A stretch of DNA of 64,000 nucleotides from NCBI GenBank assembly GCA_031261285.1, contig JAISKM010000087.1, forward strand, positions 4,516-68,515, written 5' to 3'. The notes under the pieces were generated by a model that worked only from the letters and a program-made list of their open reading frames with translations, was not told the DNA's origin and did not search any database. Source of the DNA: Candidatus Symbiothrix sp. (lineage in GTDB: Bacteria; Bacteroidota; Bacteroidia; Bacteroidales; Azobacteroidaceae). This document shows positions 18,780 to 29,508 of this stretch, piece after piece. How positions within the stretch are numbered: position 1 is the first letter of the stretch; each line of letters opens with the position of its first letter. A program made the translations under genes and the position numbers.

Positions 18780-20022
18780 TACAGTAAAAGTAGAACTCTG
18801 GGGAATGACGGTGGGCTATCTCTCGTGGGATAGCAAACAAACTGTTGCTGTTTTCGAGTATGAACCGGCATTTTTGAAACAAAGCTTAGATATAGCTCCA
18901 TTGACCATGTCTATTTGTGCACCTCGCAGCGAAAAACAAATACCTTGGACGGGTAATAAAGATAAACTCTATCAAGGATTACCTCCGGCAATTGCCGATT
19001 CGTTGCCCGACAAGTGGGGTAATTCAATTTTTAAAGCGTGGTTGCGAGATAATCATATTTCCACAAGTAAAGCAACTCCGGTCGACCAATTGTCGTTTAT
19101 TGGAAGTCGGGCTATGGGAGCATTAGAATATAAGCCTGCACAGAAAATAGGAGGTAGTACGGTGTTTTCTGTGGATGTTCAGCATCTTTACGATTTTGCC
19201 AAACAAGTGTTAAATGAACAGCAAACTACCGTACTGAATGCTGAAAATTCAATTTTGTGGCAAGACTTAATTAAAATCAGTTCGTCTCCCGGAGGGAAAC
19301 GACCCAAAGCTATTGTTGCTATTAGTTCAACGACTAAAGAGGTTATTTCCGGTCAGGGAGACATCCCGGATGGTTTTGAGCATTATATATTAAAATACGA
19401 TGACAATTCGGTCTATCCGTTTACCAAATTAGAATATATCTACTACCGTATGGCTTTGGATGCCGGAATCACGATGATGCCTTCGGAATTGCTTGATTAT
19501 GGGGATGCTACACACTTTTTGACACGCCGGTTTGATCGCATTGGAAATCAGCGAATACACGTTCAGACATTGGCTGCTATGGCACCGGAGGCGACTGCTT
19601 ACGAAGATATTTTTGCGGTTATTCGTCAGTTGAATTTGCCTTATGAAGACAGTCGGCAACAGTATTTGCGCATGGTTTTCAATGTGATTGCTCGCAATGT
19701 GGATGATCATTCAAAAAATTTTGCTTTTTGCATGACCCCTGACGGCGTTTGGAGATTGTCTCCCGCTTACGATTTGACCTATAGTGTGGACAATTCAGCA
19801 CCTGCTTATTCAAATAGACATTCTTTGACTGTGCATGGGAAAAATGAAACAATTACTCGGGCTGATTTGGAGATAGTGGCGCAAGAAAATGCCATTAAGG
19901 ATTATAAAAATTTGATTGATAATGTTTTACGAGCAGTTGATAAGTTTAGTGAATATGCCAATGAACTGGCTATTGATCAGCGATTAATAGAGACTATTCA
20001 GAACGATTTTGTAAAAATATAA
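18769..20022 (+). CDS. hipA: HipA-family kinase toxin
   Basis: SPGGKRPKA, RRFDR, NVDDHSKNF and LSPAYDL motifs. Confidence 0.92.
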   Translation: METNTVKVELWGMTVGYLSWDSKQTVAVFEYEPAFLKQSLDIAPLTMSICAPRSEKQIPWTGNKDKLYQGLPPAIADSLPDKWGNSIFKAWLRDNHISTSKATPVDQLSFIGSRAMGALEYKPAQKIGGSTVFSVDVQHLYDFAKQVLNEQQTTVLNAENSILWQDLIKISSSPGGKRPKAIVAISSTTKEVISGQGDIPDGFEHYILKYDDNSVYPFTKLEYIYYRMALDAGITMMPSELLDYGDATHFLTRRFDRIGNQRIHVQTLAAMAPEATAYEDIFAVIRQLNLPYEDSRQQYLRMVFNVIARNVDDHSKNFAFCMTPDGVWRLSPAYDLTYSVDNSAPAYSNRHSLTVHGKNETITRADLEIVAQENAIKDYKNLIDNVLRAVDKFSEYANELAIDQRLIETIQNDFVKI

Positions 20023-20138
20023 TCCGTACGGTCAGATATTGACAGAAGTTCAGAAACAAATTATACAAAATATAATAGACAATCCTAAAATATCAAGAAA
20101 CGAATTGTCCAATTTTGAAATAGTTAAAACACATCAAA

Positions 20139-20231
20139 ATGATGCAAGGAGCCAGAATAATTCAGTTACCAAAAATATTAGATAAACGAGGTAATTTATC
20201 TTTTATTGAAAGCGAATTATTATGTTTGTGA
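20139..20231 (+). pseudogene. 5' stub of FdtA/WxcM-like sugar isomerase
   Basis: MMQGARIIQLPKILDKRGNLSFIES then stop inside a duplicated attatgtttgtgaaa. Confidence 0.6.
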
Positions 20232-20408
20232 AAAATTATGTTTGTGAAACATAATAAATTAAAATAATAAAATTTCATCCATTAGCCGATGTGCAATCGG
20301 AAAAGATGAAAAAGCAATGATCGAATCAGACGTTGAAATGTGCCGGGTAGCAAATAAATTGAATTATAAGATAGGGTGAAATTTCTTGAGTTTACAAAAA
20401 AAAAATAA

Positions 20409-21139
20409 ATGCAAACTGAAACACAATACATAGAATTTAAATCGGGTTTTAATGAAGATGTCATTGAAACGTTGGTCGCTTTTGCTAACAGCCGTATGAT
20501 ATTCAAATCAAAATTTTTGACAAGGAAATTGCAATTTATAATCCTGGAAAACTATCGGGCAACCTAACCTTTGAAGATCTGAAAACAGATAATTATCAGG
20601 CGTATGCAAGGAATAAACTGCTCGCCGAAGCATTTTATCTTACAGGTGATATAGAAAAATACGGAAGCGGTTTTCGCCGCATCAGAGAACATCTTGAAGT
20701 ATATCCAACAATGAAAACCGAATTTAAGAAAGTCCCTAATGGATTGCTTTTTACTTATTTGTACGTTGTACAAAAAAATTCGACATTTTTTCCCTACTAT
20801 ACCCCTGAAATGCTTGATGATGACACAAGAAAAGGAGTGTTGAAAGAGAACGATACTCCAGATACAGAACAAGTCAGGGCGGAAGTTACAGGACAAGTTA
20901 CAGGACAAGTTACAGGACAAGTAGAAAAATTACTTTTAATACTCAAAAATCAAGAACTTTCCGTAAAAGAAATGATGGAGTATTTGTTATTAAGTGGTAG
21001 AGATAATTTTTTGACTTTATACTTACAGCCTGCAATAGAACAGGGTTTTGTAGCAATGAAATATCCACAAAGTCCCAACCACCCCAAGCAACGCTATTGC
21101 TTGACGGAAAAAGGGAAAAGTATAATTACTGGAAAATGA
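20409..21139 (+). pseudogene. AlbA_2/HATPase_c_4/wHTH protein with internal deletion
   Basis: MQTETQYIEFKSGFNEDVIETLVAFANS joined near 20490 to frame-shifted DIQIKIFD...RNKLLAEAFY...IEKYGSGF; GQVT x3 repeat; PQSPNHPKQRY end. Confidence 0.7.
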
Positions 21140-21150
21140 AAAAAGAATAA

Positions 21151-22695
21151 ATGTTAGAACCACAAAATAATCATAGCAATAACAAACGCATAGCGAAAAA
21201 CACGTTATTTCTTTATTTTCGTATGCTATTTATGATGGCGGTAACTCTTTACACTTCCCGTATTGTATTGGCTACGTTAGGAATTGAAGATTATGGCATT
21301 TACAATGTGGTTGGTGGCGTTGTTATCATGTTTTCATTTATAAATAGTGCGATGTCTACAGCCACACAGCGGTATTTGAGCTATGAATTAGGTACCAACA
21401 ATTTGGACAGGTTAAAAACTGTTTTTAGCATTAGTATTATTATTCATTTCGCTATTGCGTTCATCGTATTGATTTTGGCAGAAACTGTAGGGTTATGGTT
21501 TTTAGAAAACAAATTGGTAATACCGGAGAATCGGATGGATGCCGCCTTTTGGGTCTATCAAATATCTATTGTTTCGTGTATGATAAGCATTGTTAGTTTG
21601 CCTTACAATGCTGCGATTATTGCACGTGAACGGATGAGTGCCTTTGCTTATATTTCAATTTTTGAGGTAGTTGGCAAGTTGCTTTTAGTTTATCTGTTAG
21701 TGTTAATTGCTTCTGATAAACTGATTTTTTATGCTATATTCGTCTGCATAGTTCAAATTATCATTCGGATTATTTATGGTTGGTATTGTAAGAAAAACTT
21801 TCAGGAAACGAGTTTCTCTTTTGTATGGGATAAGAAACTTTTTAGCACTATGATGTCTTTTAGTGGATGGAACATGTTTGGATGCATTGCCGGTGTTTGT
21901 CTTACGCAGGGAACAGATATTTTGTTAAATTTGTTTTTTGGTCCTGTCGTCAATGCCGCAAAGGGAATAAGCACCCAAGTTCAAGCAGCTATCAATAGTT
22001 TTTGTGCTAATTTTCAAACTGCCATCAATCCTCAAATTGTTAAAAGTTATGCCTCAAATAATATGACATACGTTCACAATTTGCTTTTTACCAGTTCCCG
22101 CCTATCCTTTTATTTGGTACTACTGTTTTCTATACCCATTATGTTGGAAACCAATCAAATACTTCATTTGTGGCTCAAAGACGTCCCCAATTATTCGGCA
22201 TTATTTGTACAGTTATCCATGGTAATATCACTTTCAGGTGCATTGTCAAATACACTTATTATGGCAAATGGGGCAACAGGGGATGTTAGAAAGTTGATGA
22301 CGACAGTGGGGTTACTGTTTTGGTCGGTGATTCCATTGTCTTATGTTTGGCTAAAACTTGGTGGAGAGCCTCCTGTCGTATTTTTTGTACAGATAGGTTT
22401 GCTGATGATTGCACATATCATAAGGCTCAAAATAGTTGGTAAACAGTTAGCATTTTCTTTTCTTGATTATTGTAGAAAAGTGTTGTTCCAAATAGTTTTG
22501 GTTTTAATAATTTGCTTTATTCCTCCTTATGTCTTGAAAACTAATATGGATGAATCTTGGTTACGTCTTGTTTTGGTAACGATTATATCTACTATTTCGG
22601 TCTTAGTTACAGTCTTTTTTGTTGGTATAACCACTGAAGAACGAAATCTGGCTAAGAACTTCATTGTAAATAAATTCAAAAAAATCAGAAAATGA
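21151..22695 (+). CDS. wzx: Polysaccharide flippase
   Basis: NKRIAKNTLFLYFRM start, about 12-14 TM segments. Confidence 0.9.
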   Translation: MLEPQNNHSNNKRIAKNTLFLYFRMLFMMAVTLYTSRIVLATLGIEDYGIYNVVGGVVIMFSFINSAMSTATQRYLSYELGTNNLDRLKTVFSISIIIHFAIAFIVLILAETVGLWFLENKLVIPENRMDAAFWVYQISIVSCMISIVSLPYNAAIIARERMSAFAYISIFEVVGKLLLVYLLVLIASDKLIFYAIFVCIVQIIIRIIYGWYCKKNFQETSFSFVWDKKLFSTMMSFSGWNMFGCIAGVCLTQGTDILLNLFFGPVVNAAKGISTQVQAAINSFCANFQTAINPQIVKSYASNNMTYVHNLLFTSSRLSFYLVLLFSIPIMLETNQILHLWLKDVPNYSALFVQLSMVISLSGALSNTLIMANGATGDVRKLMTTVGLLFWSVIPLSYVWLKLGGEPPVVFFVQIGLLMIAHIIRLKIVGKQLAFSFLDYCRKVLFQIVLVLIICFIPPYVLKTNMDESWLRLVLVTIISTISVLVTVFFVGITTEERNLAKNFIVNKFKKIRK

Positions 22696-23507
22696 AAAAA
22701 ACATTAAGACGTATTAAGGGAATTATTGCTTTTTGTATAATTAGTGCTGACGGCTTTCCGAGACTTGATATTATAAAAACCATTTATTATAATTTTCGGC
22801 TTTTCCCATTTTCTATTGCAAAAAAACTACCTATATTTATTCATAGTGGAGTGAAAATTTATGATATAGGAAAGGTTGTGATTGATGGGAAAGTCACAAG
22901 AGGTATGATTTCCATTGGAAATTATAATATGAGAGCACAAGGAGCTACAAAAATTCGGAATAGAGGTGAAATCATTTTTAAAGGGAAAGTTTTTATATTT
23001 GGAGGCGTTAATTTAATGAATTCAGGAAAAATTGTATTTGAAGGTGATGACCTCTTGGGTGAAAATACAGTTGTCATAATTAGCAGACAATTAACTATTG
23101 GAAAATGTACACGCATTGCTTCTTTATGCTATATTATGGATTCGGATGCTCATTATATGGTAAATGTTCAAACTGGAGAAATAAAGGATAATACAAAAGA
23201 GATAATCATAGGAAAATGTAATTGGCTTGCTAATGGAACTGTAGTGAAAAAAGGAACTCATACGCCCGATTATACAATTGTAGCATCTGCCAATGCTCTT
23301 TTATCAAAAGATTATACCAACCTTCCTCCCTATAGTATTATTGGAGGGATGCCTGCAAAATTGATTGCTTCGGGCTATCGTCGCATTTATAACAAGATAG
23401 AAGAAAGTCGATTAGAAAAAATCTTTAATGAAACTAAGATACAAGCAGTAACGATTGATTTAGACAATATAGATATTGATTCTTATTGTACAGAAAATGC
23501 AATATGA
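22692..23507 (+). CDS. Hexapeptide-repeat (LbH) acyltransferase-like protein
   Basis: IMDSDAH, IIIGKCNW and IIGGMPAK motifs. Confidence 0.7.
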   Translation: MKKTLRRIKGIIAFCIISADGFPRLDIIKTIYYNFRLFPFSIAKKLPIFIHSGVKIYDIGKVVIDGKVTRGMISIGNYNMRAQGATKIRNRGEIIFKGKVFIFGGVNLMNSGKIVFEGDDLLGENTVVIISRQLTIGKCTRIASLCYIMDSDAHYMVNVQTGEIKDNTKEIIIGKCNWLANGTVVKKGTHTPDYTIVASANALLSKDYTNLPPYSIIGGMPAKLIASGYRRIYNKIEESRLEKIFNETKIQAVTIDLDNIDIDSYCTENAI

Positions 23508-23543
23508 AGCATAATTTATTTGTGAAAACATAGAAGAACAGAA

Positions 23544-24422
23544 ATGAATGTTGTAATTATTTTTAATGGCTTGGGAAATCAAATGTCTCAATACGCATTT
23601 TTCTTAAGGAAGAAAAGTATAGATCCATCTACTATATGCATATATGATAAAAGGACATCTGAGCAACATTTTGGATTTGAATTAAAACGTGCGTTCAACA
23701 TTAATTGTAATAATTACGGGTTTAAATATAAAATGTTGTATTTTTTGTATAGTACGTCCTTTCTCCAGAGGCGACCAATAAGTAAGTTGTTATCTCTTAT
23801 TGGTATTAGATTCATAGTAGAGCGAAAGGACGGTTATTATGTTGAAGCGAATCTTTTAAATCGGAGAGGGATAAATTTTTATTATGCTGGCTGGCATTCG
23901 GAAAAGTATTTTTTGCCAATTGAAGAAGAAATTATAAGAACATTTAAATTTAATATAGATAACAAAAACAATACTCCTCAATTCAAATTTTATGAAAATG
24001 AAATCAAACAGAATAATAATAGTGTTTCAATTCATATTAGAAGAGGAGATTATTTAACCACTGGTGGATATTATCAATTTACAGGTGTTGCAACATTAGA
24101 GTATTATCAAAAGGCGATTGCCTATATTGAAAGTAAAATTGATAATCCCCAATATTTCGTATTTTCTGATGATTTGAATTGGTGTAAAGAAAACTTGACT
24201 CTATGTTCCGCGACGTTTGTTGATTGCAATACTGGTGAAAATTCATGGAAAGATATGTATTTGATGAGTGTGTGCAAACACAATATTAATGCTAATAGTA
24301 CATTCAGTTGGTGGGCAGCATGGTTAAATCCCAATAAAAATAAAATCACCATTGTTCCGAAAGAATTTATACGTAATGTTATTCCAAAAGATTTTTATCC
24401 TGAAAATTGGGTGAAAATATAA
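23544..24422 (+). CDS. GT11 alpha-1,2-fucosyltransferase
   Basis: GLGNQM, SIHIRRGDY, FSDD and NSTFSWWAAWL motifs. Confidence 0.9.
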   Translation: MNVVIIFNGLGNQMSQYAFFLRKKSIDPSTICIYDKRTSEQHFGFELKRAFNINCNNYGFKYKMLYFLYSTSFLQRRPISKLLSLIGIRFIVERKDGYYVEANLLNRRGINFYYAGWHSEKYFLPIEEEIIRTFKFNIDNKNNTPQFKFYENEIKQNNNSVSIHIRRGDYLTTGGYYQFTGVATLEYYQKAIAYIESKIDNPQYFVFSDDLNWCKENLTLCSATFVDCNTGENSWKDMYLMSVCKHNINANSTFSWWAAWLNPNKNKITIVPKEFIRNVIPKDFYPENWVKI

Positions 24423-24605
24423 ATTGACACTTCTTGGAAAAATCTATGCATATATTGATCTTTACTCCCCTCTTTTTTGATACCTATCGGTCATTTTTGA
24501 CTTTTTAAGGGGTGACTATTTAAATAATAGCATTCTAATATGCTGATAATCATCATATTAAGAGCTTAATCTATTGCACACAAAATATTTTTGATTTTGA
24601 AAATT

Positions 24606-25553
24606 ATGAAACAGGTAAAATTTATTTTTGCAGCATTTTTGTTACTGTCAACATCTTTTATTTATAGCTGTGAGCAAGCGAAAAACTCATTTTTAAAAGT
24701 TGGCGTTTTTGGTGGTTCTGTAAGTGTTTATACCGAGTCAGAAACGGCAAAAAATGTATGGAGAGATAGTTTGAATATCACAGTAGAATCTTGTGGCGTG
24801 TCGGGTGGCGGATTTAGTTCGTTGACAACAAACAATGTTCCGATGCAGATAAGGCAGGCAAAAACTTTTGATATCTATATTCTTTGGTGCTCAACAAACG
24901 ATGTCGCGACTTCTACTGTGGGTGAGGTAAATTCTGATGATTTATCCACACAGAATGGAGGTTTGCGCAAAAGTATTGAATTGATCAAGCAAAAAAATGA
25001 TAAAGCACTTATTCTTTTGTTTACTTCATTACCACGCTTTGACCAAGATATTTATTATAATAGGATGCAATCTTTTGTGGATGGACAAATAGCAGTTTGC
25101 CAAGCAAATCAAATTCCATACTTAGACCAATGGTCACTTTGTGGGTTTGATAAAAATAATTTTACCCCGTATTATCTTGACGATAAAACGCATTTAACTA
25201 ATGCCGGTTATGCACATATTGCTCAGATGCAAATGGAATTTATTCGTGAAAACATAGAAAAATATTGGGATACATCAGCAATAATAGATACTCCTGTAGT
25301 GGCTTCTTGTTTAAAAATTCAATACAATCCCGTGACTGACAATTTAGTTTTTGAACCCAATGGAGCCAATACACAAACTATTGGAGTTCAAATTATTGAC
25401 ATTGCCGGGCAATTAATATTTTCTATGAATGATTTTGTTCTTCAGAGAACAGTCGCAAGAACCATTTCTGTCAATGGAATCGCTAAAGGCATTTATCTAC
25501 TTGTTGCTCAAACAGAAGAAGAGCGATTGGTTAAGAAGTTTATGAAAAAATAA
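24606..25553 (+). CDS. SGNH/GDSL hydrolase with T9SS-like C-terminal domain
   Basis: FGGSVS, STND and DKTHL motifs; tail GIYLLVAQTEEERLVKKFMKK. Confidence 0.7.
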   Translation: MKQVKFIFAAFLLLSTSFIYSCEQAKNSFLKVGVFGGSVSVYTESETAKNVWRDSLNITVESCGVSGGGFSSLTTNNVPMQIRQAKTFDIYILWCSTNDVATSTVGEVNSDDLSTQNGGLRKSIELIKQKNDKALILLFTSLPRFDQDIYYNRMQSFVDGQIAVCQANQIPYLDQWSLCGFDKNNFTPYYLDDKTHLTNAGYAHIAQMQMEFIRENIEKYWDTSAIIDTPVVASCLKIQYNPVTDNLVFEPNGANTQTIGVQIIDIAGQLIFSMNDFVLQRTVARTISVNGIAKGIYLLVAQTEEERLVKKFMKK

Positions 25554-25564
25554 AATTTAAACAG

Positions 25565-26653
25565 ATGAAACAATATGATTATCTAATAGTTGGATCGGGT
25601 CTTTTTGGAGCAACATTTGCTTACAAAGCAAAACAGCGAGGCAAAAAATGTTTGGTCATAGATAAGCGTATTCACTTAGGGGGGAATATCTATTGTGAGA
25701 ATATCGCAAATATTAATGTGCATAAATATGGAGCTCATATTTTTCATACTTCTAATAAAGAAGTTTGGAATTTTGTTAATTCAATTGTTGAGTTTAATCG
25801 ATACACCAATTCTCCTATAGCCAATTATAAAGGTAAATTGTATAATCTCCCTTTTAATATGAACACCTTTTATGCACTTTGGGGTGTGAAAACACCCGAA
25901 GAGGCAAAAGCAAAAATAGAAGAGCAGAGAAAGGCGTCAGGAATCACATATCCTAAGAATTTGGAGGAACAGGCCATATCGTTAGTCGGAAAAGATATTT
26001 ACGAAATTCTTGTTAAAGAATATACCGAAAAACAATGGGGAAGAAAATGTACAGAACTGCCGGCCTTTATCATCAAACGGCTTCCGGTTCGCTTTACTTT
26101 CGATAATAATTATTTCAATGACATTTATCAAGGTATTCCCGTTGGTGGTTACAATAAATTGATTGATGGTTTATTGGCTGGAATAGATACAAAATGCAAT
26201 ACAGACTTTTTTGAATGTCGAGAATATTTTGAGAGCATAGCCGATAAAACAGTATTTACAGGGAAAATAGATGAATTTTATAACTATCGGTTTGGGAAAT
26301 TAGAATATCGTACCGTACAGTTTGAAACAGAAACGTTGGATTGTGAAAATTATCAGGGGAATGCAGTGGTAAATTATACGGAACGGGCAGTGCCCTATAC
26401 TCGGATTATTGAACATAAGCATTTTGAATTTGGGACTCAATCGAAGACGGTTATTTCCAAAGAATATTCTTCTGAATGGCGAGAAGGCAGCGAACCGTTT
26501 TATCCGGTTAATGATGAAAAGAATAATGCTCTGTACCAGCAGTATAAGGAATTAGCTGATCAAGAAAAAAGAGTTGTCTTTGGAGGTCGATTGGCTGAGT
26601 ATAAATATTATGATATGGATAAAGTTGTGGAACAGGTTTTAAGAATAAAATAA
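25565..26653 (+). CDS. glf: UDP-galactopyranose mutase
   Basis: GSGLFG, HKYGAHIFHT and GRLAEYKYYDMD motifs. Confidence 0.95.
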   Translation: MKQYDYLIVGSGLFGATFAYKAKQRGKKCLVIDKRIHLGGNIYCENIANINVHKYGAHIFHTSNKEVWNFVNSIVEFNRYTNSPIANYKGKLYNLPFNMNTFYALWGVKTPEEAKAKIEEQRKASGITYPKNLEEQAISLVGKDIYEILVKEYTEKQWGRKCTELPAFIIKRLPVRFTFDNNYFNDIYQGIPVGGYNKLIDGLLAGIDTKCNTDFFECREYFESIADKTVFTGKIDEFYNYRFGKLEYRTVQFETETLDCENYQGNAVVNYTERAVPYTRIIEHKHFEFGTQSKTVISKEYSSEWREGSEPFYPVNDEKNNALYQQYKELADQEKRVVFGGRLAEYKYYDMDKVVEQVLRIK

Positions 26654-26663
26654 ATAATAAAAA

Positions 26664-27698
26664 ATGATAAAAATATATCCCAACACAAAGGTATATGTGT
26701 ATGCTCCCCTAAATTATACAACAGGAGGAGCCGAATTATTGCACCAGTTAGTACATTGTTTAAATAGCAATAATATTGATTCTTATATTGTCTATTTTGA
26801 TAGAGCAGGCATAACAAAGGGAGATGTCCCGCAAGCATATTCAAAATATATGATTAAAGTCTCCGATCATGTAGAAGATACACAAAATAATATAATTGTG
26901 ATCTATGAAGGAGAATTTAACAAAATGTATTTAACCCAAAATGCACAAAAACTATTATGGTGGTTAAGTGTAGATAATTTCTTTCTTTATTCGATATCTT
27001 TTTTGGCGATTAGCGATTTAATGCATTGGAATATTACGATGGGAATAAAGCAGTTGATAAAGCGATCGATAAATAAGATTTTAAGAAAACCTCCTATTGC
27101 AACTATTTCCATCAAACAATTAGTATCATTAGATGCACTTCATTGTTATCAATCGGAATATGCTCAGAATTTTTTAGAAAATAGAAATGTTCCAGAGTTA
27201 TTACCTTTATCTGATTTTATCAATTCAGATTTTTCAACAAATAATATACAGCTTGCGAGGGAGAAAAAAGTATTGTATAATCCGGCAAAAGGATTTAAAT
27301 ACACTTCAAAATTAATACGAAAAACGCCTGAAATTACTTGGGTTCCTTTAGTGAATTTAACAAGAGAACAGTTAATAAACGAGTTCAAAACAAGTATGTT
27401 ATATGTTGATTTTGGATATCATCCGGGAAAAGATAGAATTCCTCGTGAAGCAGCTATAAATGGGTGTTGTATATTAACCAACAAGGCGGGCTCGGCAAAG
27501 TTTTTTGAAGATGTAGCAATCTTAAAAAAATACAAAATTGATGAGAAAAATACTTCTGTTAAAGAGGTCATAAATAGGATTAAATTTATGTTGGATCATT
27601 ACGATAAAATAAATGAAGATTTTGACTTTTATCGGAATCGAATATTAAAAGAAAAAGAAATTTTTGAACAACAAGTGAAAGATATTTTTCAAATATAA
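26664..27698 (+). CDS. Hypothetical protein, probable GT-B glycosyltransferase
   Basis: TGGAELLHQL N-terminus; HPGKDRIPREAAINGC C-terminal motif; operon context. Confidence 0.55.
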   Translation: MIKIYPNTKVYVYAPLNYTTGGAELLHQLVHCLNSNNIDSYIVYFDRAGITKGDVPQAYSKYMIKVSDHVEDTQNNIIVIYEGEFNKMYLTQNAQKLLWWLSVDNFFLYSISFLAISDLMHWNITMGIKQLIKRSINKILRKPPIATISIKQLVSLDALHCYQSEYAQNFLENRNVPELLPLSDFINSDFSTNNIQLAREKKVLYNPAKGFKYTSKLIRKTPEITWVPLVNLTREQLINEFKTSMLYVDFGYHPGKDRIPREAAINGCCILTNKAGSAKFFEDVAILKKYKIDEKNTSVKEVINRIKFMLDHYDKINEDFDFYRNRILKEKEIFEQQVKDIFQI

Positions 27699-27720
27699 TT
27701 TAAAATAAGAAAATATCAAG

Positions 27721-28365
27721 TTGAAAATATTATTACATAAAATTATCCATCTTATAGTTCTATTGATAAGCCATATTGGGCTTGTCCTGTTTCCTTATTC
27801 TGTTGCAGAAAGAATCAAATTATTTAAAAGGCAGATATATACATATTGGTTAGCCCCTAATTTTAGGAAATTTGGGAAACTGTCTATGATACATTATCCA
27901 GTTTGCTTGCTTGGTTGTAAATATATATCAATTGGCGAAAAAGTTGGGATAGGGACACGAAGTGTTATTACAGCTTGGGATAATTATGAAGGAGATACTT
28001 TTTCTCCTGAAATTACGATTGGTAATAATGTTTGGATCGGTGATGAAAGTCATATTACTGTAATTAATTCAGTTAAAATAGGCAATAATGTTCTGATGGG
28101 AAAAAAAATTACTATAACAGATAATTCTCATGGTAATAATACTTTAGAGGAAGTCAATACAGCCCCTAATAAACGACAACTCTATTCAAAAGGCCCAGTC
28201 ATCATTGAAGATAATGTTTGGATTGGTGATAAAGCAACGATTTTACCAGGAGTTCATATTGGATATGGTGCGGTCATTGCTGCGAATACTGTTGTTACTA
28301 AAGATGTACCCACTATGGCCATAGTGGGAGGGAATCCAGCAAGATTAATAAAAATTATTGAATAA
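27721..28365 (+). CDS. LbH O-acetyltransferase
   Basis: [17 protein letters not shown] and VGGNPAR motifs. Confidence 0.88.
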   Translation: MKILLHKIIHLIVLLISHIGLVLFPYSVAERIKLFKRQIYTYWLAPNFRKFGKLSMIHYPVCLLGCKYISIGEKVGIGTRSVITAWDNYEGDTFSPEITIGNNVWIGDESHITVINSVKIGNNVLMGKKITITDNSHGNNTLEEVNTAPNKRQLYSKGPVIIEDNVWIGDKATILPGVHIGYGAVIAANTVVTKDVPTMAIVGGNPARLIKIIE

Positions 28366-28368
28366 AAT

Positions 28369-29499
28369 ATGGAATCAAATAAAAGGGCGAGAGTCATAGC
28401 GATTTATCTTCCTCAGTTTCACCCAATTCCTGAGAATGATAAATGGTGGGGAAAAGGCTTTACCGAATGGACGAATGTTGGAAAAGCAAAGCCTTTGTTT
28501 AAAGGTCATTACCAACCTAAAGTGCCGGCTGATTTAGGTTATTATGATTTGCGTATACCTGAGGTAAGAAAAGCTCAAGCCGATATGGCTAAAGAAGCTG
28601 GCATAGAGGGTTTTATGTATTATCATTATTGGTTTGGAAATGGTAAAACGTTGTTAGAGCGTCCCTTTCAAGAGGTACTTAAAAGTGGAGAGCCGGATTT
28701 TCCCTTTTGCTTGGCATGGGCCAATCATAGTTGGGAAGATAAATCATGGGTGATAAAAAATCAGTATCAAAAAAATAGAATGCTTATTGAACAGTTGTAT
28801 CCTGGTGAAAAGGATTATCGGGATCATTTTTTCTATCTCTTAAATGCATTCAAAGATAAACGTTATATCCGCATTGATGATAAGCCCCTGTTTTATATAT
28901 ATAATCCATTGCATTTTAAAGACGTTAGTCTTTTTATTGCTATTTGGCAACAATTGGCAAAAGAAAATGGTTTGAATGGAATTTATTTTATTGGACAAGC
29001 CAATCACAAGGAAGATTGCTCAAAAATACTTAATTTAGGTTTGGATGGAGCCGCTCGTATCGGGGTGAGTGACGTTGAAGAAACAATGGGAGGAGCTAAA
29101 GGCAAATTTATCAATATATGGCTAAGTCGATTAAAACGCTACTTGCCAATTAAGATTCTGCAAACTAAGATTTTATCAAAATATAATTATAGTGATATTG
29201 TTAATAATTGGACCATACCTGATTTGGATAGTAATGAACAGATATATCCTACTATTCTTCCTAATTTTGATCATTCTCCACGTTCGGGAAATATTGGATT
29301 AATTTATGACAATAGTACCCCGGCCTTATTTAAAAAACTGATAAGAAAAACAATAAATACGATTGAGGCTAAAAAGGATGAACATAAGGTAATTATCCTA
29401 AAATCATGGAATGAGTGGGGTGAGGGTAATTATGTAGAGCCGGATTTAAAATATGGGCATGGTTATTTAGATGCCTTGAGAGATGAAATTTTTGAGTAA
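28369..29499 (+). CDS. WbsX-like / GH99-like domain protein
   Basis: AIYLPQFHPIPENDKWWGKGFTEW and SWNEWGEGNY motifs. Confidence 0.88.
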   Translation: MESNKRARVIAIYLPQFHPIPENDKWWGKGFTEWTNVGKAKPLFKGHYQPKVPADLGYYDLRIPEVRKAQADMAKEAGIEGFMYYHYWFGNGKTLLERPFQEVLKSGEPDFPFCLAWANHSWEDKSWVIKNQYQKNRMLIEQLYPGEKDYRDHFFYLLNAFKDKRYIRIDDKPLFYIYNPLHFKDVSLFIAIWQQLAKENGLNGIYFIGQANHKEDCSKILNLGLDGAARIGVSDVEETMGGAKGKFINIWLSRLKRYLPIKILQTKILSKYNYSDIVNNWTIPDLDSNEQIYPTILPNFDHSPRSGNIGLIYDNSTPALFKKLIRKTINTIEAKKDEHKVIILKSWNEWGEGNYVEPDLKYGHGYLDALRDEIFE

Positions 29500-29508
29500 G
29501 GGTAAATC

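Noticed and set aside
20884-20922. 12-bp tandem repeat (GQVT x3) as a phase-variation tract
   Set aside because: In-frame linker repeat typical of this protein family, inside a pseudogene
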